DNA from: Sphingobium sp. | GTDB taxonomy: Bacteria > Pseudomonadota > Alphaproteobacteria > Sphingomonadales > Sphingomonadaceae | Assembly (NCBI GenBank): GCA_041396745.1 | Contig: JAWKXZ010000002.1 | Coordinates: 724,665-788,664, forward strand | Length of the DNA: 64,000 bases | Reading direction: 5' to 3' | Position numbers and translations under genes: made by a program | The notes under the pieces: generated by a model | The model's database searches: none | What the model was told of the DNA's origin: nothing | What the model saw: only the letters and a program-made list of their open reading frames with translations | Shown here: positions 7,256 to 14,888 of the stretch, one piece after another | Position numbering within the stretch: position 1 is the first letter of the stretch | How the letters are laid out: each line of letters opens with the position of its first letter

Positions 7256-9081
7256 CAGGCGTCTCCGAGCTCGAGCGTCGTGATCGCGCCAGCGGACAAG
7301 CTGCGAATGACAGCCGGGCCTTCGCTCTCGCGCTCGAACAGGGCGCGGGCCAGCGGATTGATCAGATGTGCCTCAATCTTGTTGCGGATGCCGCGACCGC
7401 CATTGCCAAGATCCGCAGTGCACAATTGTTTGAGCTTGGCATGCGCCTCGGGCGCGATGGTGATCGAGCGGCCGGCATCGGCCGCATCCGCGAGAACCGA
7501 TGCCACCATTGCGTCGAAAATCGTTCCGGCAACCTCGCTTCGGATGAAATCGAAAACGATGATGTTCTCGCCAAAGCGGTTCAGGATCTCGGGACGGTTG
7601 AGAACAAGCTTGAAGTGGTTCTCGATCTCGGTGCGCACGCGACTCTGCACCTCCTCGAAGGGCTGGTCGGATGTGACGTTGGCGCGGCGCTCGCCGTCCG
7701 GTCCGGTGGCGTAGATGCCAAGGTTCGAGGTAAAAATGATGAGCGCTTCGGAAAAATAGACCCGATCACCGCGCCCGGAGGTCAGCACACCATCATCGAG
7801 AATCTGCAGGAACTTGTCGAGAATACGCGGATGCGCCTTCTCGATCTCGTCGAACAACACGACGCTGAAGGGCCGCTCGCGGACCGCATTGGTCAGTTCG
7901 CCGCCGACATCATAGCCGACATAGCCGGGTGGCGCGCCGATCAAGCGCTGGTCAGCATGCTCCGCGCTGAACTCGGACATGTCGAACCGGATATAGGCGC
8001 TTTCATCCCCGAACAGCAGTTCGGTAATGGTCTTGGCAAGCTCGGTCTTTCCGACACCGGTCGGTCCAGCCAGAAAGGCGATGCCGCGCGGGCGCCCGCC
8101 CCGGCGGCTACCGCCGATACCGGTTGCCGCGCGCTTCACGATATCGAGCATATGAACGACCGCATGGTCCTGCCCGACGACCCGGCGGCGGATCGCATCC
8201 GCCCCTTCAAGAATGCGGTGACGCTCGATCTTGCGCCACGCATCTTCAGTTACGCCCACCTTGTAGCGCCGCACGGCTTCGGCGACATCGCCGATCGGCA
8301 CCCCCTCGGCGCGGGCGAGCTGCGTCACCGCGTTCAGATCGACCAGCAACATACCTTCGGTCGTATCGACAAGGTCATCCTGCGCCTTGGCAAGCGCTTC
8401 GGCCGAGGCGTCGCGGCCGCCCGGCATACCACGCACCAGCGAGGGCCCTACGGCGCGGCGTGCGGCGCGGTCGGGTGTCGCGATCGGAATGTGCCGCAGG
8501 CGCGGATTGTCGATCATCAACCAGTCGGGGAGGTCGCCTTCCTTCTCGACAATCCAGATGATGCTGTTGAAGCGGGGCGCGCGTTCGGGACCCACGGGCC
8601 GTGCTTCGGCGGATTGCCCGAGCACGAGCGCCTGGGTGAAGAGCTGCTGCTCGACGGGCGACAGCGCATCGCTGCGAATGACCAATCGCGAGGCGAAATC
8701 GACGATCAACGCCAGCGGGGGGCCATCGAGATCGGCAAGCCGCTGGAGCGTGGTCGCAAGGAGCTCGATGCCGCCTGCAGCGCGGCCATTGGCGGGAGTT
8801 AGCCCGAGACGGACAAGCGCCGCCGCTGGATCATCGGACGGATTGTCAGGATTGGCGATTGCCGCGAATCCTTGTACGGGATCGTATCGAACCACATCGG
8901 CATAGCCCGCGCCCGATAAGGTCGCGGCGAGCACCTCGGTAAGCGAAGCCGCCGCCGCCCGGTCTCTAATCGCGCGTATGTGAAGATCGCGGACATTGCC
9001 CGTCAGCACGAACTGACTTTTCAGTGGCAGGAAACGGGTGAGATCACGCACCCAGCGTGGTTGCAGATCCTCACCCGTCAC
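7255..9081 (-). CDS. ClpB/ClpA D2-like AAA+ ATPase with a divergent ~300-aa N-terminal region
   Basis: Walker A GPTGVGKT (aa 339-346, nt 8044-8067). IRFDMSEF..IGAPPGYVGY, Walker B VVLFDEIEKAHP, DDGVLT and IIFTSNLG match the AAA_2 (Clp D2) signature. A C-terminal GGRGIRNKIE ClpB_D2-small-like motif is present. GTG start at 9081 is preceded by GAGGGGGA. Confidence 0.85.
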   Translation of the reverse strand: MTGEDLQPRWVRDLTRFLPLKSQFVLTGNVRDLHIRAIRDRAAAASLTEVLAATLSGAGYADVVRYDPVQGFAAIANPDNPSDDPAAALVRLGLTPANGRAAGGIELLATTLQRLADLDGPPLALIVDFASRLVIRSDALSPVEQQLFTQALVLGQSAEARPVGPERAPRFNSIIWIVEKEGDLPDWLMIDNPRLRHIPIATPDRAARRAVGPSLVRGMPGGRDASAEALAKAQDDLVDTTEGMLLVDLNAVTQLARAEGVPIGDVAEAVRRYKVGVTEDAWRKIERHRILEGADAIRRRVVGQDHAVVHMLDIVKRAATGIGGSRRGGRPRGIAFLAGPTGVGKTELAKTITELLFGDESAYIRFDMSEFSAEHADQRLIGAPPGYVGYDVGGELTNAVRERPFSVVLFDEIEKAHPRILDKFLQILDDGVLTSGRGDRVYFSEALIIFTSNLGIYATGPDGERRANVTSDQPFEEVQSRVRTEIENHFKLVLNRPEILNRFGENIIVFDFIRSEVAGTIFDAMVASVLADAADAGRSITIAPEAHAKLKQLCTADLGNGGRGIRNKIEAHLINPLARALFERESEGPAVIRSLSAGAITTLELGDA

Positions 9082-9115
9082 GTACCGAATCCCCCTCGTC
9101 GCGCCCCATCCTATC

Positions 9116-9127
9116 CTAGCGCGCTAG
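9116..9127. promoter_or_regulatory. Perfect 12-bp palindrome CTAGCGCGCTAG about 35 nt upstream of the AAA+ gene start; candidate operator
   Basis: Palindrome read directly. It lies in the low-GC divergent intergenic region between the cargo operon and the recombinase module. No binding protein is identified. Confidence 0.3.
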
Positions 9128-10036
9128 AGCAAGGTATCCAGTTAAGTGACAAGGTCAATGTTGAGCCGTGACAATAGTTTGCCAATTGACATAAAGAAGA
9201 AATCTACCGGTTCATTTCTTGTAGAGCTGCACAGGCCGCAAAAGTCGCTTAGCTCCAAAAACGGGATCATTCCTCTGGTGCAAAGTGATGGTGCGTTATG
9301 GTCCGCTGTAGAGTAGTTCGTTCTCGTGCTGCACCCCTGTATTCCTCGCGCGATCGACGCTGAGGCAAATGCGGGCTGAACGGCCACGTCCGTCGGGAGC
9401 CACCGCTCTGGCGAGCCCTTTCAAGCATTTGAATGCTCAGTTGGCCGCTTGAGCAAGAATTTCGGCGCGGACGGTATCGCTCTTAGATCAACGGACTCTC
9501 GATTCTGGCCGCTCATGCGATGATGCAGGTCCTTTCCCATCATCATATCTGCGAATCCCGCCTCAAAAAATTTCGGTGAAACCCATATAGAACAAGCAGT
9601 TTGTTGTATAAAGTCACCGAGGTTACGATCGGCCGTCAGTTTTGACTGAGACTGTGGAACAGATACAAGGTAACGATAGCCCTACCGGGCTGATCCCCAT
9701 GAATAATATCGGGCGCGTAGCGTCAGTCGGTTCTCGCCCTAATGTACAGCAACTTACGGGAGCAGTTGGCGAGCACTCGGATGACCGTAATTAAGGCGCT
9801 TTGCTGACATAGCCCCTGGGAGCGAGGAATGTCCGGTTACCCCGGTTCAGTTCGTACAAGCAGACTAACCGGATCGTCTGAACAGGCGACATTCTGCTCG
9901 ACTTCCGGTGTAATGTGAGCATTGGTGTTTTTGTTGAATCGCGCCGGTGAACGACCGGCGCTGCCCTGACCGAGCAATCGGCGGGGCTGTGGGTGGTGGG
10001 AGCGACATGGCGTCGCTCCGACAAGGAGACCACCCA

Positions 10037-10321
10037 ATGGATATAATTGAACAGACCGAAGCATCCGCGACCACCGTTGCCACCACCTTTGAGGCGTCTA
10101 CTGACGCACCAACCGCGCCAACGTCCCGGATCACAAAATCAGCAGCAGTGACCAAGCTGCTCTCGCGCAACAAAGGTGCCACGCTGGGTGAGATCATGGC
10201 GATTACGCACTGGCAGCCACACAGCACCCGAGCCTTCCTCACCGGATTGCGGAAGAAGGGTGTCGAACTGCTGCGCGAGACGCGAAGCGGTGGCGAGACC
10301 AGCTACCGGATTGACCGTTGA
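10037..10321 (+). CDS. DUF3489 domain protein
   Basis: TKSAAVTKLLSRNKGATLGEIMAITHWQPHSTRAFLTGLRKKG matches the DUF3489 pattern. The ATG at 10037 is preceded by AAGGAG. The longer track ORF (9947) lacks an RBS. Confidence 0.7.
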   Translation: MDIIEQTEASATTVATTFEASTDAPTAPTSRITKSAAVTKLLSRNKGATLGEIMAITHWQPHSTRAFLTGLRKKGVELLRETRSGGETSYRIDR

Positions 10322-10767
10322 TGGCTCGATTGGAAGACCAGCTTGATATGCTGGAAGCTATGTCGAAGGCCCAGCTCCGTGCCGAATGGCGACGCTGGCA
10401 CAAGGAGCAGCTGATACCGGTGGGACTGGGCCGGGATCTTGCAACCCGCGCCATCGCCTGGGCAATGCAGGAGAAGGTGCACGGCGGGCTCACGCCCGCC
10501 GTCACACGCCAGTTGCGCGGTCTTGCAAAGGAACTGGACGAAACCGGCGATATCGATATTGGGAAAACTATCTCCCTAAAACCCGGCACCAAGCTGACAC
10601 GCGAGTGGCATGGCCATATCTACCATGTGCTGGTCCTGGAACAGGGCTTCCAGTTTCAGGACCGGCATTACCGCTCGCTTACACCCATCGCGCGCGAGAT
10701 CACCGGCGCCCACTGGTCGGGCCCACGCTTCTTCGGTCTCAAGGAGAAGGCCGGTGTCGCCTCGTAA
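10318..10767 (+). CDS. DUF2924 domain protein
   Basis: LRAEWRRWH...LATRAIAWAMQEKVHGGL...TREWHGHIYHVLVLEQGFQFQDRHYRSLTPIAREITGAHWSGPRFFGL is typical of DUF2924. ATGA overlap with the upstream gene. It sits just upstream of a serine recombinase, the usual context for this family. Confidence 0.75.
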   Translation: MMARLEDQLDMLEAMSKAQLRAEWRRWHKEQLIPVGLGRDLATRAIAWAMQEKVHGGLTPAVTRQLRGLAKELDETGDIDIGKTISLKPGTKLTREWHGHIYHVLVLEQGFQFQDRHYRSLTPIAREITGAHWSGPRFFGLKEKAGVAS

Positions 10768-12319
10768 CAGGCGCCGCTGCGCCATCTATACTCGCAAGTC
10801 GACCGAGGAAGGTCTGGATCAGGCCTTCAATAGTCTGGATGCCCAGCGTGAGGCCTGTGCCGCCTACGTGATGAGCCAATGCCATGAGGGGTGGGAGCTG
10901 GTGCCAGATCTCTACGACGATGGCGGTTATTCCGGCGGCAATATGGATCGTCCGGGCCTCAAACATCTCCTGGATGACGTGAAGGCAGGTCGAGTCGATA
11001 TCATTGTCGTCTACAAGGTTGATCGCCTCACCCGAAGCCTCGCCGACTTCGCAAAGATCGTTGAGGTACTCGACAAGCAGGGCGCCTCGTTTGTCAGCGT
11101 AACCCAAGCGTTTAATACCACGAACAGCATGGGACGGCTTACCTTGAATGTTCTCCTGTCCTTCGCCCAGTTCGAACGCGAGGTGACGGGCGAACGCATC
11201 CGCGACAAGATTGCGGCATCAAAGGCCAGGGGCATGTGGATGGGCGGCTCGGTACCACTTGGCTATGAGGTCAAGGACCGCAAGCTCGTCGTCGTACCTG
11301 AGGAAGCTGACAGGGTCCGCATGATCTTCGAGCGCTACCTCACCTTAGGTTCGGTGCTCGTGCTGGCAGAGAATCTCAAGGCGGAAGGAATAAGGAGCAA
11401 GGTGCGCGTAAGCCGAACAGGCAAGGAATATGGCAATGCGCCATTCAGTCGTGGTGCGCTCTATCTCATACTCAAGAACCGCATCTATCTGGGCGAGATC
11501 ATGCACAAGGGAAAGGCCTATCCCGGCGAGCATGACGCGATTATCGACCCAGACCTGTTCAATCGTGCCGCCGCCTTGCTTCGGCAGAACCGGAACAACC
11601 ATGTGAACGGTGTCCATGCGGAAGAACCCAGCCTGCTCGTCGGCAAGGTTTACGATGGTCTTGGCCGCATAATGTCGCCAGACCATGCCAGTAAGAGGGG
11701 CAGACGCTATCGTTATTATGCCAGCCGTACCGAAGGGAGCTGCAAGGAGCCAAAGGCATGGCGCGTTCCGGCAGGTGATCTCGAAGGGCTGGTGCTAAGC
11801 CAGCTATCCCGGCGCTTCGATCCGGAGACGATGTCGACGGAAATCCTCTCGATCCCCAATATGGCAATGAGTGAGCAGCGTGCGCTGATCGGAACCACGA
11901 TCGAACGGATCGACATTCACCTCGACCGGGTAGACATCCGCTTCACTGATGGCGAACAGACAAGTGTTGCCGCGCCCATCATCCGTCGCGGCCGGGAGAC
12001 TCGCCTTGCCGTTCCGCCTGATCAGCAAGCTCACGCCCAACGCGACCCAGCGCTGATCAAGCTGCTCATAAAGGCGCATCGCGCGCGCCAAGCGGTTGAA
12101 ACCAACAACGATCGCGCGATTGCGGAGCTTGCCCAGATGCAAGGGTACAGCCGCGACTATTTTGGTGTGTTGCTGCGCATCGCCTATCTGGCGCCCGACA
12201 TCGTCGCAGCCATCCTCGATGGGCGGCAGCCGGTGCAGCTCAATCGCCAGCGCCTTGCTCGTGCCACCAACCTGCCACTCGACTGGCAGGGGCAGCGCGC
12301 CATGCTGGGGTTCACTTAA
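10754..12319 (+). CDS. Large serine recombinase (resolvase/invertase N-terminal catalytic domain plus recombinase domain)
   Basis: RCAIYTRKSTEEGLDQAFNSLDAQREAC carries the catalytic Ser motif. DGGYSGGNMDRPGL, VVYKVDRLTRS, SMGRL..NVLLSFAQFEREVTGERIRDKI and GYEV.DRKLVV are also present. GTG at 10754 is preceded by AAGGAGAAGG. The track start at 10610 lies inside the DUF2924 gene and was rejected. Confidence 0.9.
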   Translation: MSPRNRRRCAIYTRKSTEEGLDQAFNSLDAQREACAAYVMSQCHEGWELVPDLYDDGGYSGGNMDRPGLKHLLDDVKAGRVDIIVVYKVDRLTRSLADFAKIVEVLDKQGASFVSVTQAFNTTNSMGRLTLNVLLSFAQFEREVTGERIRDKIAASKARGMWMGGSVPLGYEVKDRKLVVVPEEADRVRMIFERYLTLGSVLVLAENLKAEGIRSKVRVSRTGKEYGNAPFSRGALYLILKNRIYLGEIMHKGKAYPGEHDAIIDPDLFNRAAALLRQNRNNHVNGVHAEEPSLLVGKVYDGLGRIMSPDHASKRGRRYRYYASRTEGSCKEPKAWRVPAGDLEGLVLSQLSRRFDPETMSTEILSIPNMAMSEQRALIGTTIERIDIHLDRVDIRFTDGEQTSVAAPIIRRGRETRLAVPPDQQAHAQRDPALIKLLIKAHRARQAVETNNDRAIAELAQMQGYSRDYFGVLLRIAYLAPDIVAAILDGRQPVQLNRQRLARATNLPLDWQGQRAMLGFT

Positions 12320-12344
12320 GCTTACATAGCATCAAAACCGCATC

Positions 12345-12460
12345 ATGCTGCGCATCGCAGCACCGTGCCGCCTCATATGCCCTTCAGAGAAAAGCGCCTT
12401 TGTTGTGGCAGATCGACCCGACGAAAAGTGTCTCCACGCACGGTGACGGATGCGCAGCAT
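12345..12460. repeat. 12-bp perfect inverted repeat pair (ATGCTGCGCATC / GATGCGCAGCAT) separated by 92 bp, between the recombinase gene and tRNA-Phe
   Basis: Arms at 12345-12356 and 12449-12460, read directly. A separate hairpin CCCGCAGaaCTGCGGG lies at about 12470-12486. Confidence 0.5.
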
Positions 12461-12542
12461 CAGCCTGACGCCCGCAGAACTGCGGGAGTTTGCGGTCGCC
12501 CCCAAGGTGCCGCAATGATAGGTCTCTAATATTTTGAAAAAG

Positions 12543-12618
12543 TGGTGCCCGGGGGCGGGATCGAACCACCGACACTGCGATTTTCAGTCGCATGCTCTAC
12601 CAACTGAGCTACCCGGGC
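12543..12618 (-). tRNA. tRNA-Phe (anticodon GAA), CCA encoded
   Basis: The reverse complement GCCCGGGTAGCTCAGTTGGTAGAGCATGCGACTGAAAATCGCAGTGTCGGTGGTTCGATCCCGCCCCCGGGCACCA folds as a cloverleaf: 7-bp acceptor stem, anticodon loop CTGAAAA, T-loop TTCGATC. Confidence 0.95.
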
Positions 12619-12773
12619 ATATCAGCAAGAGCGGTTCACCCTCGCGGACAAGAGAGCGCGCTATAGTCACCCCTACCCGGTGCTGTCCAGCGCATTTTCA
12701 GAAAAAGTGGGACCTGATTTTCCGCCTGAAAATATCCCGAAATTCTTCCAGACCATTTCCGGGTCTGTGGGCA

Positions 12774-12983
12774 TCAACGCCCTTCTTCAAAATCGCCAGC
12801 TCCATAATCGCTGCTTTTTTGCAGTTCATCCTCTTCGGTCGATCGTCCGGCAATGCGATAGTCGCCGCCCATCCATTTGAGGAGGTCGCGATCCCGGCAT
12901 CCCCGGCTGCAAAAAGGTGCAAATTCCTGTGTTTGCGGTGCCTTGCACAGAGGGCAGCGCGTGGCCTTGCGATCAACCGACAT
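12774..12983 (-). CDS. yacG: DNA gyrase inhibitor YacG (zinc-binding)
   Basis: MSVDRKATRCPLCK...FAPFCSRGCRDRDLLKWMGGDYRI carries the CxxC...CxxxC zinc motif. The start at 12983 overlaps the upstream gene's stop. It sits in the conserved infA-maf-rng-yacG context. Confidence 0.8.
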   Translation of the reverse strand: MSVDRKATRCPLCKAPQTQEFAPFCSRGCRDRDLLKWMGGDYRIAGRSTEEDELQKSSDYGAGDFEEGR

Positions 12984-13989
12984 GATATTGCTCCAGCGCA
13001 AGCTTAGGATCGGCCTGTACCGAAACCGCGCCGCCGCGCCGCTTTTCAAGGCGTGACATCCAGTCGGGCATACGCCGTACCAGGTCGGCAACCGCGGGAC
13101 TCGCCGTCATCGTTACGGGTCCGCCCCCCGCCCCGCGCGCACCTTCCCACCGTTCTGCCTGCCGCAGCAACGCCATTGCCGCCGTACGCACGGGATCGTC
13201 GCGAAGCAGCTCAACCAACGAAGGACGCTCGCGTTTCCGGATGATCTGAATGAAACCGAAGCCGTTAACCGCCGTCCGCTCAAACGGCTGTGGCAAGATC
13301 TTGTCGATCTGCGCTGCGGCGATGCTGCGCTCTTCCTTGTTGTTCATCGTCGGCAGGTCGATACCGATCGAACCGGTCAGCCCCATTGCGCGTATCGCCT
13401 GTGCCGCGAGTTTCGCACCCTTGGGACCAAGCTGCGCGGGCGGCAGACTGCCATCGACATCGATCAACACCATGGCCGGCGTCGGGAATATCCGCAGCGC
13501 CGCTGCTTCCGTGCCCACCTCACCGCGCATCGCACTGTCCAGCAACTCGCTCCAACCATGCGCCTCCAGCGCGTCTTCCTCGTGCGGCAGGCAAGGAATA
13601 ACAAGCAGACCAGTCGCGCGAATGCGTTGCAGCAGGCTGGGCCCGGGATGTGGCTTTTCCCCCGGAGATGCTGCACGGGCGAGCGCCAGCTTGTCGCGCC
13701 GCTCACCATCCAGCCCGGCCTCGCCAATCGCCTCGCGCCGGATTTCGACCAGCACCATGCCGCCTTCCGCCAGTCGCGGCGGTATCGGCTCCAACAGCAC
13801 CTCTTGCCCCGACGTCAGCCGGACGATGCCGCGCTTCTTGGCGATCAACGTTTTGACAAGCCGCCCCTGCACCACCGCGCCTGAAAGAGCATGGTCGCCT
13901 TCGCGCTCAACATGCGCCTCGACAATCCGTCCATGCGCGACCAGCGCGGCACGGCATTCGCCAATTCCTTCTTCGTACAGCCATTGCAT
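12973..13989 (-). CDS. Ribonuclease E/G family protein (short form)
   Basis: MVLIDVDGS and GLTGSIGIDLPTM resemble the RNase E/G catalytic Asp motifs. Conserved position between maf and yacG in alphaproteobacteria. Confidence 0.7.
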   Translation of the reverse strand: MQWLYEEGIGECRAALVAHGRIVEAHVEREGDHALSGAVVQGRLVKTLIAKKRGIVRLTSGQEVLLEPIPPRLAEGGMVLVEIRREAIGEAGLDGERRDKLALARAASPGEKPHPGPSLLQRIRATGLLVIPCLPHEEDALEAHGWSELLDSAMRGEVGTEAAALRIFPTPAMVLIDVDGSLPPAQLGPKGAKLAAQAIRAMGLTGSIGIDLPTMNNKEERSIAAAQIDKILPQPFERTAVNGFGFIQIIRKRERPSLVELLRDDPVRTAAMALLRQAERWEGARGAGGGPVTMTASPAVADLVRRMPDWMSRLEKRRGGAVSVQADPKLALEQYHVG

Positions 13990-14561
13990 CAGAGCGTATA
14001 TCCTGCGGCGATCAGTAACGTGCGCGTTTCATAGAGCGGCAAGCCGACGACACCGGAATGACTGCCCGACAATGCACGGATCAGCGCCGCGGCACGCCCC
14101 TGTATCGCATAGCCACCTGCCTTGCCATGCCATTCGCCGCTCGCGACATAGGCATCGATTTCCGTTGGATGCAGGCGCTTGAACGTGACGATACTATCCG
14201 ACAGCCGGTGCCGCGCCACGCCATCCGCATCAATCAGGGTCACCGCCGACAGCACATGGTGACGCCTACCGGAAACCAGCTTCAGGCAAGCCCGCGCCGT
14301 CGCCTCATCCTCCGCCTTGGGCAGAATGCGCTGTCCGCAAGCAACGACCGTATCGCCAGCGAGCACCAGCGCGCCGGGGTGGCGCGCAGCCACCGCCGCC
14401 GCCTTCTGCGCAGCCATGCGCGCGGCGTATCGCGTCGGCGGTTCGCCCTTGCAGGGTGTCTCATCGATATCGGCAGGGTCGGTCACATCGGGAGTGACCC
14501 CGATCTGCGCCAGCAGGTCAAGTCGGCGTGGAGACGCAGATGCCAGAACGAGCCGCATCAT
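13989..14561 (-). CDS. maf: Maf-like nucleoside triphosphate pyrophosphatase
   Basis: LVLASASPRRLDLLAQIG...GKAGGYAIQG. Confidence 0.9.
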   Translation of the reverse strand: MMRLVLASASPRRLDLLAQIGVTPDVTDPADIDETPCKGEPPTRYAARMAAQKAAAVAARHPGALVLAGDTVVACGQRILPKAEDEATARACLKLVSGRRHHVLSAVTLIDADGVARHRLSDSIVTFKRLHPTEIDAYVASGEWHGKAGGYAIQGRAAALIRALSGSHSGVVGLPLYETRTLLIAAGYTL

Positions 14562-14575
14562 CGCGGCGGTTTCGG

Positions 14576-14827
14576 TCAGCTATTATACCCGGCGGGGCCG
14601 CCGCGACCGGGCATGAAGCGATAGGTAATGCGGCCCTTGGTCAGGTCATAGGGAGTTAGCTCGACGAGCACTTCATCGCCGACCAGCACGCGGATGCGGT
14701 TCTTGCGCATCTTGCCTGCGGTATGGCCCAATATCTCATGGTCATTTTCAAGCTTCACGCGGAACATCGCATTGGGGAGGAGCTCCACCACCGTGCCGCG
14801 CATTTCAAGTAATTCTTCTTTCGCCAT
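14576..14827 (-). CDS. infA: Translation initiation factor IF-1
   Basis: [71 protein letters not shown]. Confidence 0.95.
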   Translation of the reverse strand: MAKEELLEMRGTVVELLPNAMFRVKLENDHEILGHTAGKMRKNRIRVLVGDEVLVELTPYDLTKGRITYRFMPGRGGPAGYNS

Positions 14828-14888
14828 ATCGTCCTGGAAATCGCTAAAATTCGCGCCGCCATAGCGCCTAATCCTGTAAAAGAAAAGC

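Larger units (their letters stand above)
1..12542. mobile_element. Partial genomic island / integrative element abutting the 3' end of tRNA-Phe; left boundary lies outside the window
   Basis: Large serine recombinase with DUF2924 and DUF3489 genes lies next to the tRNA 3' end. A ~950 bp low-GC non-coding spacer (9082-10036) follows. The cargo operon has a defence-like domain repertoire. Core housekeeping genes start immediately on the other side of the tRNA. Confidence 0.6.

Noticed and set aside
6611-9081. The idea that the radical SAM protein is a bona fide NrdG with the AAA+ or helicase protein as its glycyl radical substrate
   Set aside because: I found no RVxG[FYW]-type glycyl radical motif near a C-terminus in either partner. 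The activase-type call is kept only as a family resemblance.
9142-9387. 81-aa minus-strand ORF, and the overlapping ORFs at 9791-10242, inside the low-GC spacer
   Set aside because: They have no RBS, odd composition and no family resemblance. Several mutually overlapping frames are open, as expected by chance. The region is treated as non-coding.
10610-10753. N-terminal extension of the recombinase ORF as given in the track
   Set aside because: The extension lies inside the DUF2924 gene in another frame. A GTG with a strong AAGGAGAAGG RBS at 10754 gives the canonical resolvase N-terminus.
14576-14827. IF-1 is 83 aa with an ~11-aa C-terminal tail ([12 protein letters not shown]) beyond the usual end
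   Set aside because: This is probably lineage-specific variation or a slightly late stop. There is no evidence of a functional change and it cannot be assessed without comparison.
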